Below are positions 55,988 through 64,000 of a stretch of DNA of 64,000 nucleotides, one piece after another. A program made the position numbers and the translations under genes. Origin of the DNA: an uncultured virus (IMG/VR IMGVR_UViG_3300017970_000189) (Duplodnaviria; Heunggongvirae; Uroviricota; Caudoviricetes); the IMG/VR virus record IMGVR_UViG_3300017970_000189. One strand, given 5' to 3'. The number at the start of each line of letters is the position of its first letter. Position 1 is the stretch's first letter. The notes below the pieces were generated by a model. That model ran no database searches. It saw only the letters and a program-made list of their open reading frames with translations, and had not been told where the DNA came from.

Positions 55988-56344
55988 ATGAGATATCGGG
56001 TGGTGAATTTGCTGGGGCAACCGCTGCAAACGACTCCGTACAGCCAGGCCCAGCGTCAGCATCTGCCGTGCCCGGATCTTCCTGCCGAAGGGGCGCCGCC
56101 GGAGAGTTGCGCGCAGGTTTCGGACGGTGGGATCATCTGCGAGGACGGGACGTATTATCCGTCGTATTGTGCGGCGCCGAGGGTGACGGAGCCGAGCCTG
56201 GCGCCTTATGTTCAGAGCCAGGGGTTTTATGTTCCGCAGCCGCCGGCGAAGGCGAGTCTGGAAGCGGAGACAGGGACGGCATTTCCGTGGCTTGCGGTAG
56301 GGATTTCCGCGGCGAGCATCGTGGGATCGATCCTCTTCAGCTAG
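55988..56344 (+). CDS. Cys-rich protein with LGQ leader and C-terminal TM
   Basis: MRYRVVNLLGQ; four Cys; C-terminal hydrophobic helix. Confidence 0.75.
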   Translation: MRYRVVNLLGQPLQTTPYSQAQRQHLPCPDLPAEGAPPESCAQVSDGGIICEDGTYYPSYCAAPRVTEPSLAPYVQSQGFYVPQPPAKASLEAETGTAFPWLAVGISAASIVGSILFS

Positions 56345-56542
56345 AGCAAAGCAGCGGCGGAAAAGCCTCCAGGAAGCGCGAAATCGATCCGAGACGAGTC
56401 CCAGGTCGTCTTAGCCCGGGGAAATGCGTTAAATCCAAACCGAAAACTGAGAGATGGGTTAGGTGTGCGCGCCTGGCGTCCGGTGAAGCAGACGCCTGAG
56501 AGAGGTGGATCGGGCAGCATGTCCTATAGGACGGGAGGGAGG

Positions 56543-56971
56543 ATGGCAAAAGAACCCTTCGAAAGAGATCTTTCACCCAAAGTGAAGCTCTTCTACGGCT
56601 ACAAGGATGGCCGGTGTGAGCTTAAGATCATGACTCCCATAGGACTAAGTGTGCCTGTCACAGTTCCTTCAGAAGCGATCCCCACGATCAAGAAGGTTTT
56701 TGATGAGGCGTACCTATGGGACATGAAGGCGGAGGAGGAGCGGAAGGATGGGAAAGGAGATCTGGAGCGGGTGATCGAGGTGAGGGCGAAGGTGGTGTAC
56801 GGTTTCCCGGATGGGCATGTGGTGATTTCGGTGAGGCCGGTGAAGGTGGCTCCGTGGTTGTCGGTGGAGATCACGCGGGAGGAGTTGATTGAGGGGAAGA
56901 AGGCGATGGACGAGGTCAATCTATGGAACCTGATGCCTGTGGAAGTGAGGGAAATGCAGGGTGCGGCGTAG
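56543..56971 (+). CDS. Protein made of two internal repeats
   Basis: GGAGG RBS; two ER...K..YG..DG...KK..DE..LW units. Confidence 0.75.
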   Translation: MAKEPFERDLSPKVKLFYGYKDGRCELKIMTPIGLSVPVTVPSEAIPTIKKVFDEAYLWDMKAEEERKDGKGDLERVIEVRAKVVYGFPDGHVVISVRPVKVAPWLSVEITREELIEGKKAMDEVNLWNLMPVEVREMQGAA

Positions 56972-57228
56972 GTTGGAGGGGTTTTCATGAGGTCCTATAG
57001 GTGTGATGGGGCTAAAAGGAGAGCGGAATTGAAGGTTTCCTATGGACACCTATAGGAGAGATGGTGAACGTAAAAAAAGGGGCGGGACCTATAGATGGGC
57101 GGGTGCTAGGAGGCGAGTAGGCGTGTCCTATAGGTCCGCTAGGAGATTGAGCGAATTTCGCAGGAAAACGGTCTTTTTTGGCGTGAGACTGATCTCCTAT
57201 GGAAGGGAGATTTGTAATGGAGGGGGCA

Positions 57229-57558
57229 ATGAATCTAAGTAGTCAGCCGAATCCAGGTGATCAGCCGAGTCCCGGCGTGTTGAACGCAGGCGGGTTAAAT
57301 CCAAGCGATCCGGAGGAACTGTTAAACCGACACTGCGAATGGCTTAAGACCATCGCTAACTATCTTTGTGTGGGGTGTAATAGGCCGAGGGAACGGAAGA
57401 CGCTGCGGATAATCGGGCTTTGGTTTCCGGCGAAGGAGTACAAAAAGTCGGGAGTGACGAGCTATTCGCTCTGCAACGAGTGTGAGAAGCTGACTAAAAA
57501 GGAGATTTACGACAGGGTGGAGGCTTGGGGGGTGGAAAGAGGATATTTCGAGCTGTGA
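57229..57558 (+). CDS. Zn-finger-like hypothetical protein
   Basis: GGAGG RBS; CVGC...LCNEC. Confidence 0.65.
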   Translation: MNLSSQPNPGDQPSPGVLNAGGLNPSDPEELLNRHCEWLKTIANYLCVGCNRPRERKTLRIIGLWFPAKEYKKSGVTSYSLCNECEKLTKKEIYDRVEAWGVERGYFEL

Positions 57559-57995
57559 ATACTCCCGAATACACGCCGTGGGTGGAGCACGTCTATGCAT
57601 CGCTCCGGTGGGCGGAAGGGTCGATCCGGAAGCTGCACGAACTCCTGGAGTCGGAGACGCTGGATGACGAGGTGCGGAGCCGGGCGGCGCGCGCGATCGG
57701 GTGGATCGATTCGGCCCGGAAGGAGGCGTTCTTTGCTTTTGAGAAGATGGGGAATTACGGCTCGAACCAGCGCCAGTCGAAGCTGGATGTTTCTTCTATA
57801 GGAGAGGAGACAAAAATAAAGATGCTGAGGTTGAACGCGACGTACCTGGAGGCTTCGGTGGAATCTGTGGAGGGGAATGCGAGCTACGATTCCCTAAGGA
57901 GCACCATGCTTTACCTGGTGGAGACGATGAGGCGGGAAGCGGATGAGATCGAGAGGGAGCGGAAGAGGAGTCTGGAAGGGCCGCCTGGGGCATAA
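57555..57995 (+). CDS. Helical hypothetical protein
   Basis: GTGA overlap. Confidence 0.65.
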   Translation: MNTPEYTPWVEHVYASLRWAEGSIRKLHELLESETLDDEVRSRAARAIGWIDSARKEAFFAFEKMGNYGSNQRQSKLDVSSIGEETKIKMLRLNATYLEASVESVEGNASYDSLRSTMLYLVETMRREADEIERERKRSLEGPPGA

Positions 57996-58164
57996 GAGGA
58001 TCTATAGGAGGGGGAAGAAAAAAGGAAAAGCGGCGCAGCGGGATCTATAGGAGAGCGCGGGCGCGGCGGCGCACGCACGGGAAGGATGGAGTCCTCCGCG
58101 GGATGCGGTCCTTCGGGTGTGGGAGGGGTCCGGGAGCGCGAGAAGAATTTTTTGCATTTTCTGC

Positions 58165-58193
58165 TTGACTTGGCACGATTGCGCGGTTATAAA
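58165..58193 (+). promoter_or_regulatory. Near-consensus sigma70-type promoter for the rightward late operon
   Basis: TTGACT-N17-TATAAA with an upstream AT tract. Confidence 0.8.
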
Positions 58194-58304
58194 TCACATC
58201 GACTCCTCCCCCGGAGTCTACCAGCGTAACGTAGTTTGTTGAGGTAGACGTTCTCAAGGCATCGCAGTTTTTTCCGTCGCAGTGGTTGTCGCCGGGAGAA
58301 AACG

Positions 58305-60551
58305 ATGCCAGGATCCAAGCGCCCTTTCACCGCCGAGCAGAAGGAGCGCATCCTCTATCAGGCCTCTCAGAATATCGGGATTTCTGAGATCGCGCGCGAA
58401 CTCAACGTCGAGCCTCGTCGCGTCAGCGGCTACATCCGGACCATGGTCAACGCCGGGAAGGTTCCGGATCTTCCTGCCTTCAGGTCGACCTCTCCGGAAG
58501 TCGTGGCGATGGGAAGCATCCAGGCTCCGGTCATGCCGGTTCCGCCTCAAGCAGCCGTAGCTGCCCCTCCGGTAGTGCCGCCAGTCGCGCCTCAAGCGGC
58601 GCCCGCGCCTCAACCGACGGCTCAAACCGTGCCTGCGCAACCGGTTTATGTAACGCCGCCCGCGGCAGCTCCCGTGGGCGACGGCTGGTACGGCGGCCGT
58701 CCGATCTATGGAAGCATTTCGGGATTCCAGAATCCTCTCCAGCAGGTGAAGACGGTCGTCGAGCGGAAGATTCCGAACGACGGGATCCTGGGCGAGCACT
58801 ACGGCGAGATGAGCCGCGAGCGCATCTGTGAAATTTACGGGGAAGGCCTCTACAAGGTGATCCGTTCGGAACCCGGCAAGCCTCCCGTCGAGCATGAAGT
58901 CCTGGCGAGCGCCGCTTATGGGCCGCCGAAGATACCGAAGAGGACGGTCTCCAGTTTAGAGGGACAGGGACGCTCTGGCTTCCAGCGTCCTTGGATGTCC
59001 CAGCAGCGTCCGTGGGACCGGGGAGGGGAGGAGGACGACGGGCGTCCGGCGCGTCCTTATGCCCCGCCGTCCTACTATAACCGCCCGGATCCCGGTGCCT
59101 ACGATTATCGCCATAACTCGATGGCGGATGCCGCGGCCGCCGCGACGACCGAAGCGATCAAGCAGATGGGAACGCTGCACGAAAAGACGATCGAGCAGCT
59201 CGAAAAATCGCGTTCGAACGGCCCGGACTCGTTCATGACGAACTTCCTGAAGGAGCAGCAGACGGCCTGGCAGCAGAAATATCAGGAAGATGAACGGCGC
59301 CGGGCAGAGGAGCGGAAGGACGAGGAAGCCAAGTGGGAGCGCCGGCAGCGCGAAATCGACGCGGACTACCGGCGCCGGCAGGACGAGGCCCGCGGGGCCC
59401 ACGAGCGCGAACTCGACCGCCTGAAGGCGGAGACCGCCGCGCGCGAAGCCGCCGCGAAGGAAGAGCGCAAGATGCTCATGGAGCTCGAGGACAAGAAGCT
59501 CCAGGTGATCCGCGATGAGCACAAGATGCGCCAGGAGGCCCTCCAGGAGGAGCTCAAGCGGAACCGCGAGGAGCTGAAGGAGATTCAGGAGAAGACCGAG
59601 AAGCGCATCTCGGAAGTCAACCAGACGACCGCAGCCCATATCGCCGAGTCGAACGAGCGCCTGGAGAAGGAGCTCGAGCGCGAGCGCGAAAACCTGGAGC
59701 GCGAGCACAAGCTCAAGGAAAAGGCGATGGACCAGCGCAACAACCTTGAGCAGCAGATCATTGAGATCAAGAAGGAGTCCCTCCAGAACCAGGGAGGCGA
59801 CCAGATCTTCCAGACCATCAATACCGTGATCAAGGAGTTCTCCAAGGGCCTAGAGAAGATCGTCGATCTGAAGAAGATCGAGGCGATGACTCCGGAGGCC
59901 CAGGCGGCCGCCGTGGCCCGCGGAGCGATCGACGGGAACGTGATGGGCGAGCCGAAGAGGGAGCCGGCCGAGGCTCCCAAGCCGCAGCAGCAGCAGAATA
60001 ATCAGGCGGCTCCTCCTCCGCCAAATGCCCAGGCGACCAAGGTTAATGGGAACGGTAACGGTGCATCCGCTGCTCCCAAGGGGGAACAGAAAAGCGAGGA
60101 GAGCCAGATGGAGCAGATCATCCAGGACATGCTGGACAAGCCCTTCTTCAAGCAGGTCCTCAAGGAGTGGTGCTTCCACATCAAGCGGGAGCAGGACCCC
60201 ACGACCTTCGCCAACATGTTCATGGAGTGGATGCGCGACCCCCTCGACCACGAAGGCCGCAAAGCCACCACCATGTTCGCGAATTTCATGAAGCCGCGCG
60301 AATGGTCGGACATGCTGAAGGTCATGAGTCCCAAGCTCGATAAGGACACGGTCAAGGTCTTCCAGAGCGAGGCGGCAACAGACTTCTACGATGGCTTCAA
60401 GGCCATGGTAGTGGAGCAGATCCGGGATTACTGGGAACAGTTCCTGGCCGCGAGGAAGGCTCAGCGCGCGGCCCAGACGGCGGCTGGAGAGGCTCCTGGG
60501 GCGGAAGCGCCCAGCGAGGCCGCCGCTCAGGAGGGCAACGGCAAGAAGTAA
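58305..60551 (+). CDS. Large protein: N-terminal HTH, Pro-rich region, long coiled coil, C-terminal helical domain (possible scaffold/assembly protein)
   Basis: ISEIARELNV...VSGYI HTH; long Glu/Arg/Lys heptad region; strong codon bias. Role inferred. Confidence 0.8.
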   Translation: MPGSKRPFTAEQKERILYQASQNIGISEIARELNVEPRRVSGYIRTMVNAGKVPDLPAFRSTSPEVVAMGSIQAPVMPVPPQAAVAAPPVVPPVAPQAAPAPQPTAQTVPAQPVYVTPPAAAPVGDGWYGGRPIYGSISGFQNPLQQVKTVVERKIPNDGILGEHYGEMSRERICEIYGEGLYKVIRSEPGKPPVEHEVLASAAYGPPKIPKRTVSSLEGQGRSGFQRPWMSQQRPWDRGGEEDDGRPARPYAPPSYYNRPDPGAYDYRHNSMADAAAAATTEAIKQMGTLHEKTIEQLEKSRSNGPDSFMTNFLKEQQTAWQQKYQEDERRRAEERKDEEAKWERRQREIDADYRRRQDEARGAHERELDRLKAETAAREAAAKEERKMLMELEDKKLQVIRDEHKMRQEALQEELKRNREELKEIQEKTEKRISEVNQTTAAHIAESNERLEKELERERENLEREHKLKEKAMDQRNNLEQQIIEIKKESLQNQGGDQIFQTINTVIKEFSKGLEKIVDLKKIEAMTPEAQAAAVARGAIDGNVMGEPKREPAEAPKPQQQQNNQAAPPPPNAQATKVNGNGNGASAAPKGEQKSEESQMEQIIQDMLDKPFFKQVLKEWCFHIKREQDPTTFANMFMEWMRDPLDHEGRKATTMFANFMKPREWSDMLKVMSPKLDKDTVKVFQSEAATDFYDGFKAMVVEQIRDYWEQFLAARKAQRAAQTAAGEAPGAEAPSEAAAQEGNGKK

Positions 60552-61348
60552 TGGACGGAAGATTGGACGGAAACAGAATCCGCGGCTACGCGCAGGCGAG
60601 CCGCCGGCAGATGGGGAGTGCCGCTCCGGCGAGCACTTCGGCGCTCAACGCTCCTTCTCCGGACACCGGAGAGGTGCGTCATACGGCGCTTCCGGACACT
60701 TTCGACGGCATTCGCTTTGAGATCGGCAGGATGGTCCGCTATGTGCAGGATGCGGCGTACGATCAGGTCGTCCGGCGTCACACGAGCGACATCTGCTCCC
60801 AGTATCGGGCGATGGTGGTTTCGATGAATGGTCCGGCTCCCTCGAGCGAGGACGCCATGTGCGCCGAGGCGATCGATGCCTGGTGTCGGGACCACTTCGT
60901 CTACGTGAACGACCCTCCCAACGTCGAAGTCATCCAGACGCCGCGGCGCATGATCAAGCAGACCAAGATCCCGAAGGACGTGATCCGTTTCCTCTGCGAG
61001 CCGTTCTACGAGGCTCTCGAGGAGGCAGGAATTTCTTTCGACCGTAATGCCTATGTTCCTCCCGATCTCTACATCGGCGACTGTGACGAAGCGGCGTGCG
61101 CGATGCTCGGGATGTGCGCCTGCGTGGGATTGTCCGAAGGGGGCGGCAGGGTGGGCAGCAGCGAGGAAGGGGTCAGCTTGCGCCCGCTCCAGTACCGCTT
61201 CGGCGGGAACGACGGGACGCTCCACCACGTCTGGGGCTACATCGGCGTGAACGGAAACCTGGTGGATGCCGATCATACCGAGCCGGACTTCAAGCTGGGA
61301 GATCACTCCAGGTTCGAGGCCTTCGAGGCCGTGGAGGTCCCGGTATGA
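60551..61348 (+). CDS. Transglutaminase-like cysteine protease with intact Cys-His-Asp triad
   Basis: YVNDP..VE.IQTP.R, GDCDE, HHVW, VDAD. Confidence 0.85.
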   Translation: MDGRLDGNRIRGYAQASRRQMGSAAPASTSALNAPSPDTGEVRHTALPDTFDGIRFEIGRMVRYVQDAAYDQVVRRHTSDICSQYRAMVVSMNGPAPSSEDAMCAEAIDAWCRDHFVYVNDPPNVEVIQTPRRMIKQTKIPKDVIRFLCEPFYEALEEAGISFDRNAYVPPDLYIGDCDEAACAMLGMCACVGLSEGGGRVGSSEEGVSLRPLQYRFGGNDGTLHHVWGYIGVNGNLVDADHTEPDFKLGDHSRFEAFEAVEVPV

Positions 61349-61986
61349 GAGGCCTGGGAAGAGCCGACGTCCATCCCGAGATTGGCCGCGCAAGGGCGAC
61401 CTCGGAGATGGTCCGGTTCGACTACGGCCGGATGGCCGACCAGGTCCAGAATGCGCGGAAGGATGGGATGTTGATCGATTTCTCCCGCCTGATCTGCGCC
61501 CATTTCGGAAAAATCGTGGAAGAGATGTCCGCCCGGGAAGGACGGCCGATCTCGGCTCACAACAACAAGACGCTGTTCCTGGAAGCGATCGACATCTGGT
61601 GCCGGAAGCGCTTCTGCAACCACGGAAGGCAGGGAGCATCCTGGACGACGAGCCCGATCGATGTGATCAAGCATGCGATGGGGCCGTTCTACGGATCCAT
61701 GGAGCTCGAAGACCCTTCGCGCTACCGGATGAGCCGCCAGCCGATGCCTCCAGCCTATGTAGGGACCCACGAGGATGCGATAGCGACCGCGCTCGGACTC
61801 TGCGCGTGCCTCGAAATCCAGCCGCTCCAGTTCCGCCTGGGCATGAACGAAGGGGTTCCGGAACACATCTGGGGCCGGGCCCAGGCGGATGGGAAGTGGT
61901 ACGACGTGGATTTTTCGAGCCCCGAGTTCAAGCTGGGGGACCACCGGAAGTTCAGCGAGTACGAGGAAGTGGAGATCCCGCTATGA
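61345..61986 (+). CDS. Paralogue of the protease lacking the catalytic Cys
   Basis: ATGA overlap; YVGTHEDA replaces YIGDCDEA; EHIW and YDVD retained. Confidence 0.8.
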   Translation: MRGLGRADVHPEIGRARATSEMVRFDYGRMADQVQNARKDGMLIDFSRLICAHFGKIVEEMSAREGRPISAHNNKTLFLEAIDIWCRKRFCNHGRQGASWTTSPIDVIKHAMGPFYGSMELEDPSRYRMSRQPMPPAYVGTHEDAIATALGLCACLEIQPLQFRLGMNEGVPEHIWGRAQADGKWYDVDFSSPEFKLGDHRKFSEYEEVEIPL

Positions 61987-62663
61987 TCCCGCTTCCCATC
62001 GTCCGGTATCGCCTGGGGGCTGAGGAGCTGATCGAGCTCGGCCGCACGGGGCAGGCCTTGAAAGGGCATGCGCCGTTCCTGGCGAACCGGCCTCGGATGA
62101 GGCTGGGAGCGGCCGCGGGGAGAGATGTTGAATCCCTGGCGACAGAGAATGGGGCGGTCCTGACGGATGCCCTTTCGACCGATCTTCATCTCCTGGAAAA
62201 ACTTTCGCCGGTGTCGGTCGACATCATGTCGAAGAGCGATCTCGTGGCGTTCAGGGCGGTCGGGGACCTCCTCGACCACGTTCCCTCGATCGACATGCTT
62301 CTGGGACAGATCCTGCTCCTAGGGAATGCGTCCGTCAAATTCGGGCTTCCGCTCCCCGCCAAGGTGGCAAGCGGATTCGACAATATCTTGAGCGGAATCG
62401 CGGGCGTTCTCGCGGCGACCGGAAGCGGGGCCCAGAACCAGAGGGTGCTCGATCTGGCCCGAGAAGAGATCCTTTCCAAGGTGCCCGATCAGGATGGAAT
62501 GAAAGCCGTTTTGAACGCCGCAGGCGTCACAGGCGATGACCTTGTTCCGGTGAACAGGCTGTCCGGAATTGCGCCGGCGAACCCTCCCCCCGCGGGCGCG
62601 CAAGGATCGTCCGAGCTTGGAAGCGCGAGACGGGATGTCCTGCTCCTGCTTTCCAGAGGATGA
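61983..62663 (+). CDS. Putative virion protein with LG-motif leader
   Basis: ATGA overlap; RYRLGAEELIELG, RMRLGAA. Confidence 0.75.
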   Translation: MIPLPIVRYRLGAEELIELGRTGQALKGHAPFLANRPRMRLGAAAGRDVESLATENGAVLTDALSTDLHLLEKLSPVSVDIMSKSDLVAFRAVGDLLDHVPSIDMLLGQILLLGNASVKFGLPLPAKVASGFDNILSGIAGVLAATGSGAQNQRVLDLAREEILSKVPDQDGMKAVLNAAGVTGDDLVPVNRLSGIAPANPPPAGAQGSSELGSARRDVLLLLSRG

Positions 62664-62727
62664 CAGGTCCAGGGGAGATTGGCGGTCGGGTCTGTAGCCC
62701 GGCCGGCACTTTTGTAGGAGAAGAAAA

Positions 62728-63483
62728 ATGGCCAAGAAGCAGCCTTCGAAGGGCGCCGGCCGGAAGGCAGAGAGCGGGAACGTGATCGTCGATCTCGGAG
62801 AAGACATCGACAAGAAGATCCGTTCCGCCGTCGGGGATGCGAGGCGGAGCATGGAGCGGACCGAGATGGGCCGTCCAGGCGAGTTCCGTTCCGGCGGGTT
62901 CCGCCCCGGAGTGTTCGGACATCGCCCCGGCGGCTACCGTCCCGGCGGGTATCGTCCCGGGGGATATCGCCCCGGCATGTTCGGCGGCTACCGTCCGTGG
63001 TATGCCGACCGGACGGGCCGCGGCGGCTCGATGGGCATGGCGTTCATGACCGAGCCGGTAAAGCCCGTTCAGATGCTGGGCGGACTCGCGCTCGGCGTGG
63101 TGGGCAACCGCGCGCTCGTGCGCGTGACGCCGGATCTGATCGGGCATCCGTCGGAGGTGATCCACACGGGCATCGCCTTCGTGGTGGGCCTCGTGCCGGT
63201 CCTGGTGAGGCCGAATTCGATCACGGTCGGCGTGGCGATCCCCGGCGCCGTATATTTCGCCGGAGCGCTCGTCGATTTCGCGATGAACAAGGTCGGGATC
63301 AAGAAGCCCACGCTCTCCGGAGCGGAGGCTCCGGCGCAGGCTCAGCCCCAGGCATTGCGTGGAGGGGCGGATGCGGCCTTGGCCGCCCGCCAGAAGTTGG
63401 CGCATCTTCAGTCGCAGATTCAGCAGCCGGTGCAGCAGCAGCAGTACGCCGGCAACCCGCGCGCGGTCGCGTACGCGCAGTAG
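62728..63483 (+). CDS. Membrane protein with GGYRP repeats
   Basis: AGGAG RBS; GG[FY]RP repeats, hydrophobic helices, Gln-rich tail. Confidence 0.8.
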   Translation: MAKKQPSKGAGRKAESGNVIVDLGEDIDKKIRSAVGDARRSMERTEMGRPGEFRSGGFRPGVFGHRPGGYRPGGYRPGGYRPGMFGGYRPWYADRTGRGGSMGMAFMTEPVKPVQMLGGLALGVVGNRALVRVTPDLIGHPSEVIHTGIAFVVGLVPVLVRPNSITVGVAIPGAVYFAGALVDFAMNKVGIKKPTLSGAEAPAQAQPQALRGGADAALAARQKLAHLQSQIQQPVQQQQYAGNPRAVAYAQ

Positions 63484-63683
63484 CGCTTAGCCGCGCGGCG
63501 GGGGTGGCTGTCGCTTGGCCGTCCGGGGGAGGAGCTCTCAAAAAGAGGGCTTTGAGGACGGGGAGCGACGCCCCCCCTGTCCGTGCCAATGAAGTCTGAA
63601 GTTTGATGAAGTGATGAAGTGAGAGGCCCGCCCGGGGAAGTGTTTCCTCGGGACCGAACGGAAACAGAAAAGCGGAGAACCAT

Positions 63684-64000
63684 ATGTTCAGACCCCCCGA
63701 GTATGCAGCGCTGATCAACCCGATCGCCTGCAATGCGTTCGCCATGCGGTGCGAAGGCCGCGCCGACGTCAAGCAGACCGTGACGGTGGACACCGGGCTC
63801 ACCCCCGGCGGCACCCCGATCACGCTCAACAGCCTGGACTTCACGACGCAGAGCGCGGTCTGCGACGCGAAGATGTTCGTGCTCCCGTACGTGGAGCTCG
63901 TGACCCCGGTGTCCCCGGACTACCTGGGCCAGTTCCACACGGCGCTGCTCACCTTCTCGATCGACGGCGAAAAGGTGATCAACCAGAGCGCGATCCAGAA
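63684..64000 (+). CDS. Highly biased beta-rich protein, candidate jelly-roll major capsid protein (truncated)
   Basis: Not in ORF track. GGAG RBS; MFRPPEYAALINPIACNAFAMRCEGRADVKQTVTV...LLTFSIDGEKVI; almost all third positions G/C. Capsid identity is inference. Confidence 0.5.
   Translation, partial: MFRPPEYAALINPIACNAFAMRCEGRADVKQTVTVDTGLTPGGTPITLNSLDFTTQSAVCDAKMFVLPYVELVTPVSPDYLGQFHTALLTFSIDGEKVINQSAIQ

Larger units (their letters stand above)
56523..58053. repeat. Dispersed (C/T)CTATAG(G) palindromes
   Basis: Eight CTATAG cores near 56523, 56994, 57049, 57088, 57127, 57795, 58001 and 58044. Confidence 0.7.

Noticed and set aside
58305..58480. Transposase or terminase small subunit suggested by the N-terminal HTH
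   Set aside because: No DDE domain, terminal repeats or large terminase follow.
58254..63938. Minus-strand ORFs over the late operon
   Set aside because: Shadows of coupled plus-strand genes.
1..64000. tRNA, rRNA, integrase, alternative genetic code
   Set aside because: No cloverleaf, rRNA or recombinase motif recognised by eye; genes are densely packed and intact under the standard code with all three stops used.

Overview
This 64 kb window looks like part of a GC-rich bacterial virus or virus-like episome, not a cellular chromosome. It has sigma70-type promoters, Shine-Dalgarno sites and tightly overlapping start/stop codons, and no housekeeping operons, rRNA or tRNA. It has three blocks. 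(1) 1-24.3 kb, minus strand: about 35 small Pro/Gly-rich, mostly membrane-anchored proteins, three paralogous collagen-like fibre genes, several small basic proteins and a holin-like cluster containing a lone receiver domain. (2) 24.4-55.0 kb, minus strand: early and replication genes. These include a glycosyltransferase, DEDDh exonuclease, DUF5131, Csp, HerA-type ATPase, 2H phosphoesterase, Phd/RelE toxin-antitoxin pair, SNF2 helicase with a class 3 intein, low-GC endonuclease, RecB-like nuclease, SSB, DUF3223, UvrD-like helicase and RepB-like primase. A probable origin lies at about 52.9-53.1 kb. (3) 55.4-64 kb, plus strand: a coiled-coil protein, an intact and a catalytically altered transglutaminase-like cysteine protease, membrane proteins and the start of a possible jelly-roll capsid protein. 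I recognised no terminase, portal, HK97 capsid, tail or integrase gene, so the element may be a tailless, membrane-containing virus (inference). The most striking signal is a [L/M]G[Q/A/D] motif, usually closing a basic or Pro-rich N-terminal leader, in more than 20 putative virion proteins. It co-occurs with the protease pair and suggests an undescribed proteolytic virion-maturation or sorting system. Also notable is a chimeric early gene built from pieces of two late genes. All family names come from motif recognition; no database searches were run. Many starts were moved from the ORF track to the codon supported by an RBS or a stop/start overlap.
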